Below are positions 1 to 12,000 of a DNA stretch of 20,000 nucleotides, in pieces. Made by a program: the position numbers and the translations under genes. Position 1 is the first letter of the stretch. Each line of letters starts with the position of its first letter. Source of the stretch: an uncultured virus (IMG/VR IMGVR_UViG_3300042484_001031) (taxonomy: Duplodnaviria; Heunggongvirae; Uroviricota; Caudoviricetes); the IMG/VR virus record IMGVR_UViG_3300042484_001031, positions 116,970-136,969 of that record; one strand, given 5' to 3'. The notes under the pieces were generated by a model. The model was given only the letters and a program-made list of their open reading frames with translations, ran no database searches and was not told where the DNA came from.

Positions 1-1
1 A

Positions 2-3000
2 AGTAGTTCATGGCCGTTTGATTTAATGCGTATATTAGCATTGACAAAACCTGCAGAATTCTTTAATTTAGGAGTTGACATTGACAACTATAAATTTAAT
101 GAAGAATTTAATCAATATCTAGTTAATGACCGTAGTCATTTAGTTATAAGCGATGTAGAGATTTATGGTAATGGCACTGCTAAAACAAGTTATATCAATT
201 GGATTGTTGACTTTGAAAAACAAGTGGGCATTGATGCAACCACTAACATTACTGATTTGCTATACAATGTTGATGTTAGATTAGTATACAGACTTGCTGG
301 CTTTAGTGATAAAAATTTATTAAGATTCTACGTTGAAAAATCAACAGCTAATAGTAACAATAGTAGTTTATTGATACCTGATGAAAGCTATCAAGTATTG
401 TTATATGATAATCAACCATTTGATAAAATTGTTTATAGTGGTGTGGTTGTCCAATTAACAAATACTGGTTACAAAGTATATGGTAATAGTCAGACCAATG
501 CGTATTTTAAAATATTAGCACCTAAAATTAATGGTAACTATGAAAGAGTATCAGTTCAGGGATTAAGTGTACAATTAGCTAGAGACTATTACACTACACC
601 GGAGGTAGTAGCATACGGAACTGAATTTATTACAGTACAACAAGTATCACAATTTTTAGAAGGTTATGGAAGATATTTGGCTAGCCAAGGTGTATTGTTT
701 GACCAAATTGAATCTGGCTTGACAGTTAGCTGGAGACAAATGGTAGCTGAATACTTATATTGGGCTCAATCTGGGTGGGAAGTAGGAAGTATTGTTAATA
801 TTAATCCGGCATCTAATTTAATTTCTATTAACAAAGATAGTTATATTGTACAACCACTAACACTACAAAGACAAAACTTTATATTAAATCAAAACTTATA
901 TCCAATACAAAGTACTGACTTAAGCGTAATTCGTGATGGAACATTGTTTACAGCACAACCATTAAATCAAGGTGATACAGTTGCTTATGGACAATTTAAC
1001 ATTAGTAATTTTGAACATGGTATCGTATTTGATAACGTTACTGTATTTGATGATGTAATTTATAACTTAATTACAGGTTTACGTCAAAATCGTATCACAT
1101 TGCGTGGAGCTAAAACAGCCGAGTGGAATGGTACAATTGATGCTCAAGGCTTTGTCTTGAATCAAGATAATGTACTTGATTGGGATAAAACAGTAAAATA
1201 TACAACCGGTAGTATTGTTAAGTATAAAAACAAATATTGGATAGCTCTCACTATTATTCAACCTAAGGAATTATTTGAAGAACGTGAGTGGAAAGAAACT
1301 GATTATAACGAAATACAAAAAGGACTATTGCCAAACACAAGTACACGTTCTTATGAAAGTACAATATACTATGATGTAAATCGTGCTAACTTAGAAAATG
1401 ATGCCGATCTATTAAGCTTCAGTTTGATTGGATATCGTCCACGTGATTATTTGGCACTAGTTGATCTAACTGATATTACACAAATTAACGTTTATAAAAA
1501 CTTTATTAAGAATAAAGGAACATTAAACGCAGCCAGCGCATTCAAGGGCGCTAACTTACCACAAGGTGGTATTAATTATGATATATATGAAAACTGGGCT
1601 ATTAAATCAGGTGAGTTTGGTGGTGTACTAAACAGCAATTTTATTGACTTCAAATTAAATCAAAACTTATTAACCGGTAATCCTAGCATCGTTGGATTAA
1701 CTAATGGGATAACTACTGCCGGAGTACAACAAGAAGTACCGTTATATAGTTTATATAATTATGGACGCCCGGTAACTAGTACAGATGTATTGCCGTTATT
1801 ACCAACAGATACGCCTTCGACATTATTTCCGTATGCAGGCTATGCTAACTTTAATGATATGCGTATTGCGGCATATTACTATTTTAACTTAGCAAACAGT
1901 ACATCACCTAGAGGTGTACTAACACCTTTATCAGAGTTATATGTAGGTCAGTATGTTTGGATAGCTGATTATCAAGGTACTTGGCAAGTAATGACACCTG
2001 CAAGTTTAGGAGCTGTTGTATTTGCTAAAAATAACTTAAATGGTACTGCGACAATAACATTTAATAATCCACATGGATTGACAAAATATCAACCATTTGC
2101 AATTGTAAACTTTAATGATAGCTTGAATGGTTATTATATAGTTAATACTGTAATTGATCTCAATAGTGTTTTAGTCAATGTAACATTGGCACCGTCAATT
2201 ACTATTGTAACTGGTCAAGGTATTGGATTTAGATTCCAATCACAACGTGTTGATAATCCTAGTGATATCATTGATTTGCCTTTATTGAATACAGAATTTG
2301 TTAAGAATAAAGTTTGGGTAGATACAAATAATGATGGTGATTGGGCTGTATATCGTAAGAGTATAAATTATACGTATGATTCTGAATTAGTAAAAGATGG
2401 ATCAGAATCATTTGGTAGTGCAGTTGCATATACCGATACATTAGGTTATTTAATTGGTGATGCAGATGCTGGAGTAACATATCGCTATTCTTTTAATGTA
2501 TTGTTTGATAGATATGATTTGAAGCAAACATTAACCGGTGTTGCATCGTTTGGTACAACAATTACATATGCCAATGACATATTTGTGGTGTCACAACCTA
2601 CAGGTACACCTGAAGTTTATGTTTATCAATTAGTAGTTAATACTACTGTAGATGAATTACAATCATTGCAATCTGCTATATCAGCACCAGGCGGTGTAAC
2701 TGAGTGGGGTAGAGCTATTGCTATATCTGGAGATACTAATTGGTTATACATATCAGCGGTAACATCCTCTACTAGCCTAGTATATGTTTATCGTTATTCA
2801 ACTGTCACAGAAGAATATGAACAATCTGCTACTATTGATTTGGGATTAACTAATGCTGATAACTTTGGATACTCATTGTCAACAGATTACTATGGTGATA
2901 CTGTTATAATTGGAACACCAGATCAAAATTACGATGGTTCTACTGAAAATTGGGGTTACACTTATGTATATGATAGAACAGTTCAAAATTTTGAAGCACA

Positions 3001-6000
3001 ATATACAAGTATAACTTATGTACCACAACCGTTTACATTAGCTTGGACACCTAGTACAACTTCAATAACTGTTACTGCAAGTGATGCAACGTTAGATCGA
3101 TTTACATGTGCTAGTAGTTCTAGTCTTGTTATAGGTGACCCAATCACATTTACTGGTACTGTGTTTGGCGGCATAGCACTGAACACTGTTTATTATGTAT
3201 TAGCTAAACCTTCAGGAACTACTTTTACTATATCTACTACACGTGGCGGATCAACATTGCAATTAAATAACGGTAGTGGGTCAATGACCGCAACTCAACA
3301 AGATACACCATTGTACGTATCAGTTAATGGAACTTTAATTGATGATTCAACATATTTTAATATAGGTTCTACTATTACTATAGTACAAGGATTAAACGCA
3401 GGTGATATAATCACGGTAAGTAGTAATAACTTTGTGTTAGCCCAAACCCTCACAACTGAGAACACACCTAGAATTGGCGTACAGTTTGGTACTAGTGTAG
3501 ATACTAACACATATGCTACTGAAATATTAGTTGGCGCCCCTTTTGAATTAAACAGTCAAAATCAAGAAGGTGTTGTATATCGTTATACTAACGGCGGTGG
3601 TAAGTACGGTATGATTATAGGTACTACTGCTACTAACATTACAACCACTAGAACTATTTTAGTTAATGGTTATATGGTTGTATTAACCGCCGGCAATGCA
3701 ACAGTAGTTGCTACTGCAATTAATCAAGCAAACATTACAAATCTACAAGCTACCGCAGTCGATGGCAAATTAATTATTAGTTTATTAGATAATGCGTTAG
3801 CGTCACCAAACGATAAGCTTAATGTTACTGTATTAGATACAGCTACATGGTCTGAATTAGGATTTAGTACCTATACTCAAACACAAGTAATTACTGATCC
3901 TCATGTTCAAGGCACAACTCAATTTGGTAATGTGGTTAAATTTAATGAATTTAATTCGTTTGTTGTAAGTGCACCAACTGCTACACGATATCAAGCAACA
4001 ACATTTGATTCTACCGATGATGAAGATTATGATAACGATACATTATTTGATAATAATACTACACAATGGATAGACACGTATGCAAATGCAGGTGCAGTTT
4101 ATATGTTTGATTATCTATCGGTTTATAATGAATCATTAATAAATTGTGGTAATTTTGTATATGCACAAAGTACCAATGATATTAATGAAATATATGGTAG
4201 TCAACCAATGTACGGTCATGCAGTAGAATTTAATGCTTCACGTGTAGTTATTGGCACTCCAAACTTTAAGCCAGACACTGTTGCAGGACAGATTATAACA
4301 TATTTCAATTCTATTGGAGCTCCTGATTGGAGCGTATATAGAAGTTCAAGCCCAATAGTTGATATTAATAGAATTCAAAACATACAATTGTATAGTGCAA
4401 TCACCAACGACACACTAGATAATTTAGATTACATTGATCCGTTGCAAGGTAAAATATTAGGGTCAGTTAGAGAAAATATTGATGTAGTATCTAATGTTGA
4501 TCCAGCTGGATATAACAGTCCTAATAATACTCAAGGGTCAATGGTATGGGGCTCATCACAGGTTGGGCAAATATGGTTTAATACAAGCACAACACGATTT
4601 GTAAACTATCATCAAAATGATATTGTATATAATAGTAAATGGTGGGGACAAATCTTTCCGGGTAGCGATGTAACGGTTTATAGTTGGATAACAAGTAATA
4701 CTCTTCCGATATCATATGCAGGTCCGGGTACGCCATATAATGTTGACACTTATTCAATTGAATATACCTTAAATGCAACTGGTGTACTAACTCCTGTATA
4801 CTTCTATTGGGTAAGAAATACTAATATTATATTCACCCTGCGTGGTAAAACATTAGCAGATAGTATTATTCAATCGTATATTGCATCACCTATTAATTCT
4901 GGTATAAGTTATTTTGTTCCTTTAGAACAAGACATATTTGCTTTATATAATTGTGCTAATAACATCAATGCCAATGATACAGTATTACATATTGGTTATT
5001 CTACTGGAACAAATGATGATGTATCACATAGTTTATACAATTTAATTCGTACTAATTATGCGGATGATTTCTTACCTGGATTACCTACTACCAATGGAGC
5101 TGATGTTCCTGAATCATTATATGATAGGATGTTAGATAGTTTATGCGGTGTGGATGAATCTGGTGCAGTAGTTCCTGATCCATTCTTACCTAAACCAGTA
5201 CAATATGGTATATATGCAAGACCAAGACAAAGTTTCTTTGTCGATAGATTACTTGCATTGAAAAATTATTTAACATATGCTAATGAAATATTATCACAAT
5301 ACCCTATAAGTGAAACACGTAGGTCATTATTCTTATTCACTGAAGGTGCAACTAATCCGTCGACAGTAGATAATCCTAATTGGTCAGGTAGTGTATTACC
5401 ATTTTATGCCACACCTGATTATTGGTATTATATTAATTGGTGGGCAACTGGATATGATGATAATACTAAATCAGCATTACAAGTTCCTATATATGCTGAC
5501 TTAGCAACAATAAATGCCACAGCTGGTTTAATTGTTACTGTTGCGGCAAACGGAGATGGAAAATCAGAAACATATGTATATACTAATTTAAATACATGGG
5601 ACCGTATTGGATTACAAGATGGTACGATTGAGTTTAGTAGTAATTTATGGGATTATGCTACAGCCAGATTAGGATTTGGAGATAATTTCTTTGATACTAC
5701 ACCATATGATACATATCCATCACAAGAAACACGTAGCATAGTTAGAGCATTGAATGAAGAAATTTATACCAATGAATTGTTAATCTTCAGAAATAAAAGT
5801 TTAATTCTATTATTTGAATTCATTCAAAGTGAAACAATTGAATCACAAAATTATTTACCATGGTTAAATAAAACATCATTTATGGATGTTGGGCATACTA
5901 TACGTGAATTATTACCGTTAGAAGTATTTCAATCTGATAATCAAGACTTTTTAGCTGGTTATATCAATGAAGTTAAACCGTATCACGTAGTTATTAAAGA

Positions 6001-9000
6001 GTTCTTATTTAAGTATACTGGTTCTGATTTATACGCAGGAACAATAACTGATTTTGATTTGCCCGCACAATATAATACAGATATTCAACAGTTTATTACT
6101 CCTGAATTAGTATATTCTAATCCAAGTGGTGCAAATCAATATTTACCAAGTGATCCTATATGGGAAACTGCTCCGTATAGTGAATGGTTTAATAATTATG
6201 GATTAGGTATTACTGGTGTTGATGATTATCAGATAACAGTATTAGCATCATATGTTTCATTAAATTCGCCGGCTATGGCAGTGGATAATGCATATGGCTT
6301 TCCAATCAATGGAACAATATTAATTGGTGATGAATTAATTGGTTATTCTAATGTTAATCGTTCTAATAATACACTTAGTGGATTAACTCGAGGTGTGAAT
6401 GGTACACCAGTAACAGTACATATTCCGGGTGAAATAATTACAATAAATTTACCTGCTATATTAGTATTAAACGGTGGTCGTGGTTATGCTGAACCTCCTA
6501 GAGTAGTTGCATATATTGATACTACTATATACCCGGAACCAAGACGTGTGGCAGTATTGCAAGTGGTAATGAATTTAGATTCAATATTGCGTGTAGATGT
6601 AATTGATCCGGGAGACGGATATGCAGTATTGCCTGAAATTATAATTGACCCATCTGTTTCAGTAACATTTACTTCAGATGATGTTAATTTGTTATCAAAT
6701 ACAATATCATTACCTTCACCATTATTACAGACAGGTGATTTGATAACATACACTATAGGTACAAGTACAACTCCTGTAGGTGGATTAGATGTTGACCAGT
6801 ACTACTATGTAAATGTCTTAGAATCTACGCCAACATTTGTTGTTGCTTTATATACTACTTACAGAGATGCTATTAACGATAGTGATCGTGTAATATTATT
6901 TGATACTGGTTTGGGTGTTAATAATGTATTAAATGTTAGTGCAAGAGCAAGTTGTGTATCAACTTCTTTACCAATAAGAGAGAATCAAATAACATTACGT
7001 TTTGACAGAACAACATACAATTCAGAATTAACTGATTGGGTTGGCGGAGCATTTTATGGAAGTTTCTATGCTGGATTGTATAATAATTCAGAAAGAATAG
7101 CTAGTTCAAGTATTGGATTACAGTCAACACAACCTGACATTGACACTATATTAGCCAGTGCGGCAGGCGCAGTTTTTGAAATTGAAGATGTTACTAACGT
7201 TGAAGTTATAATTTGGAGTTCACGTACAAGAATTGTATCAGCCATTAATACTAGTACTGATGTAATAACAATAACTGCCTCTGATGGCGGAGCATCACTT
7301 ATTAATAGTGATTCAATAACTAACCCTACAATAGGTTTTTATATTGGCATGCCAATTAAATTTATAGGGGCAGTGACCGGTAACATAACAGTAGAAACTA
7401 CCTATTATATTAAATCGTTAGTTGACGGAAATAAGTTTACACTATCTGCTTCAATATCAAGTGGAGTGCCCGGGGCAGTATTGTCAATGGCGGGTACAAT
7501 ATTGGGATCAGCTGGCTTAACTGGATACGTAGGTGAAGTTACTAATACAGCGGTTGTTACTATATTCTATCCAGGCATATTAACAGCAACTGCTACTAGT
7601 AGTATAACTAATGGAATATCAGTACCGTTAACAGGTAGTGGCTTGGGCGGAACTACTGGATTCTACACAAATCTACCAGTATTTTTTGTAGGTACTGTAT
7701 TTGGTGGTGTCATTGAAAATGAGAGATATTATGTTACTACTGTAATAGACGATGAAACATTTACTATGTCTACAACAGAAGATCCTGTAATGGTTAGTGT
7801 TACAAATACTACAGCTAGTACGGATTATATTACGTGTGATGATGCAACTGGTTTATCATTCAATGACCCTATTATATTTAATAGCATGAGTGTTAGTGGA
7901 TCTGCTGTATCAACATTTGGTAATATAGCAGACGGGACCATTTATTATGTAAGTGCTATAATTAATGATACTAATTTTCAAATATCTACTGTACCAAATG
8001 GTGGAACATTTGGCCTAGCTGATCAGGCTGCGGGTACAGGTACAGGATGTACAGGTACAAATCAAAAAGATATAGTACAATTAACAACTGCTACTGGATC
8101 AATGACATGCAATGTTGGATTACCGGTTAGCCCGGGACAAGTTACTGGCCAAGAATTTACATTCTATCCAACATCAGCAACTACTGTATCTTCTCCTGCA
8201 TTCACTCAAGGAAATTTAATTACCAGAACTATTAAGAATGCATTAGCTGACGGAGATTATCTATCACTAGAATCTGAAACCGGTGGTACAACTAACATGT
8301 ATGTAAATATGCCAGTTAGAGTAGCCGCATCATACGGTGGATTAAGTACTGGAACAACTTATTATGTTGTAAATATAGGAACAGTAACTACTGAAGTAAT
8401 TCAAACTACATCAGCAAATGTATTAATTTCTACTGGCACCGCTGGATTTTACGTTGATATGCCTATAACCTTTACAGGGTCTACATTGGGCGGAACTATT
8501 GAAAACACATTATATTTTGTCAAAACTGTAAATGTTAATGGAACTGATTTTACTATCACAGACTCACAGGGTGGCGCAACACTTGCCTTGAGTAACGATA
8601 CAGGATCAATGACAGTAACCGGTGCACCTTACATCAAGGTATCAGCAACTTTGGGAGGTGGTGTCCTTGCATTATCAAATGCATCAACAAGCACAACCTT
8701 AACACAATATCCAACATCAAGTCCGTCATTTGATGTAAGTTGGATATTAGGTGGGTATAGTGTTGACATTACTGGCGCAGGTGCCGGATATGCAATTAAC
8801 AATACCTTTACTGTATTAGGAACAGCATTGGGTGGCACAACTCCTACAAATAATTTAGTAATGACAGTTAATACTATTGGAACTAATGGACAAGTAACAT
8901 CATTAATTAATTCAGGTACTCCTCCTGAAATTGTTGAACAATATTACTTAAAAGTAATATCAACAACAGAGTGCGAGGTATATAGTGATTCACAATTACA

Positions 9001-12000
9001 AATACCAGTAACTGGAATAAACTTCCCGTTCACTGCAGGTGATTATGCATTATTACCAGAACCGTTCTACTTTAATCAAAGTATTGTTAAGTATAATAAC
9101 AGAGTTTACCAATGTATTATCAGTAACAATGACACAGAGTTTATATTTGGTAAATGGGAAGAATTGCGTAGTGATAGTAGAAAATTAAACGCACTAGATA
9201 GAATTGTAGGTTATTATCAACCAACTATTAATATGCCAGGACTAGACTTGACACAACTAGTAGATGGTATTATCTATCCTAATAGTACATACAAAGATAA
9301 TGCATTCCCTCCTTCAGAAGAATATACATTAGATACTATCTTACAGGATCAATTGTTTAGTCCAACTGAAGTAGATGTTACCTCTATATTATGGAACGGT
9401 ACTACATATTTTGCCCCTGCTAATTCTCCAACATACTCAGATATTACTTATAGTACTACTGGTACTACTTGGCTATCTAATAAAGTAGCAGGTCAACCAA
9501 TAGCATTAACTGATATAGTGTATGCAAACTCAAAATATGTTATGAGTTCACAAAATAACGTAACTCCTATATTAGTAAGCATTGATGGAATAGTTTGGAC
9601 TACTGCAGGATTAGAAAGTGGATCAGTTTCAATAGATAACACTAGTCTAAATAGTGTTGCGTATTTTAATGGTATCTATGTTGCTGTTGGTGATAATATT
9701 GTATCTAGTGGTGACGCTTATATATGGTTAGAAAGATATCGTTTCACTGATATGGTTTTATACGGAGTATCTGCAATAACTATTAATAATTTTGATGGCT
9801 TTATTGCTGTTGGAGTTGGCCCTGATTATAGTGTTATCCCTACAATAACACAAAGTGTTATATTAAAAAGTTTAGACGGAATATTATGGACAAATATTAC
9901 ACCATCTGCATCAGCCGAAACATTATATGGTGCATCTAGTGGTAATAATACTATTGTAGTTGTTGGAAATAACGGAGCTATCTTTACAAGTATTAACGGC
10001 AGTAACTGGAATGATATTAGCACCGGGTCTGCAAACCTAAGAGATATTGTATATTCCGATAGTCTTGGACTATTTGTTATCGTTGGCGAAAGTGGATTTA
10101 TTGGAACATACGACGGTAGCACATTTTCAGTAGAAACATCAGGTACTACTGAAAATCTAAATAGCGTAATATGGAATAGTGATTTAAGTGAATTTATTGT
10201 TACAGGTAATAATAATGTTATACTTAAAAGTATAAATGGTATTGATTGGACAATTAGCAACATATTTGTTACTGACCCCACAGTATATGATGTTCAAGGA
10301 GATGCATTTACATCAGGATATGGTCCTGAAGAATTAGTACCTGGAGTAGTAACTGATAATTTAACAATGGTTGTTACTACTCGCCCGGGAACAAATTGGG
10401 ATGTAGCGACTTATCAACACGTCGGATATAATGTAGTATCTACGACACTAACTCCGATTACTAATGGTCAATTAATCTTTAGTTTTGATGGATTAGTTTT
10501 AATACCAGCACAGTTATCTGTATTTCAAATTGACGGAACAACTGGATTAGCAACACGATTATATTATGATTCATTTACAGTGGATTGGTTGCTAAAAACA
10601 ATCACATTAGTAAGTGCATTACCTATAGGCGATTCACTATTAGTAGAAGTATATGAAGTTGGTAACGGTGATCAATTAGAAAAATCTAATAGTCAAACTG
10701 ACCCTATTAGACTCAATGATGTTACTGGATTTAATGAAATATACTTAAACTGTAATTATAGTGCAACACTTACATCTGGATCCGGAGTTATCATACCCGG
10801 TACATCACCAATCAATGTTATTGCAACAGAAACAGACAGCACAGAAAATTCTATATTATGTGATGATGTACGATATTTCACAATAAATGATCAAATTATA
10901 TTCTACGGAGATGTGTTTGGGGGGATAGTAGCTGACACCCATTATTATGTTAAGACTGTAAGTAACGTAACAAATAAAATCACAATATCAGAAACTAATC
11001 CAGGAGGAGTAGCAGGACCTACATTCGTATTAACTAGCGATATAGGTTCAATGGATATTATAATAGAAGTTGGAAGTGGAGCCCCTTGGACAGATCCTAT
11101 AGTTTATCACAATGGTACTAAACTTATATTAGGACATACTAATAGAGTTACTCAAACTTCTAGTGCTACTAATTCCATAACATGTAATACTACTAGTGGC
11201 ATGGAAGTAGGTGAACCAATTGTGTTTAGCAATACAATTTTTGGTGGTGTTATAGATCCCCAAGTAATCTATTATATTAAAACAATTATTGATGCTAATG
11301 AATTTACTATTTCTGAAACACTCGGGGGTGCAGTATTAGTATTGACTAATGCAGCCGGTGGTGCGATTGGCATTACTAATGACTATGCCTTTGGTATAGC
11401 AGATAACGGCACGTCAGCAAAAATAATATTTGCGGCACAATATGATGATACTGCAGATTATCTAACCTATACTGTATTTGGTGAAACATTCCCAGACCAG
11501 TATGGATATACTATACCAGAAGTACAAATAATTGAAGGTAACGGGTCAATTGGGCCATTTGCTCTAACCAACTATATTGGTGATGATAACCCATTAAATG
11601 CAGTAGTAGAAATTAATGGAGTTCGTATTACTGACACAGAATACACAATTAACGATACAGCAGATACATTGACTTTTACTACATTAACTCCATCATCTAG
11701 CGATACTATTGCAGTAACAAGTTATAATCTAACAGAACGTCAAGCTTTTAATACTCAGTATGATATAACAGGAACTACTGTTTCATCCATTGTCAATATT
11801 AATAATGAAATAACAGCACCCATAGTAACAACCTATGTTACTGCAACCACAGCAGGTACTAATTTATTAACTTGTAGCGATACTAGTGGATTCATTGTAG
11901 ATCAAACAATTATATTTCAAGGAACATCATTTGGTAATGTGTTAACAAACGGCACCGTGTACTACGTAAAATCAGTAACATTCCCGTATGATGGTACATT

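Noticed and set aside
26..28. ATG at 26 as the start of the giant ORF
   Set aside because: The frame is open back to base 2 and no SD precedes it, so it is most likely an internal Met of a gene starting upstream.
1079..10281. Minus-strand ORFs at 1079-1261, 3295-3510, 4578-4778, 6484-6753, 8629-8838 and 9826-10281
   Set aside because: They are short, lie fully antisense to the giant ORF and have no recognisable motifs. They are expected shadow ORFs from codon bias.
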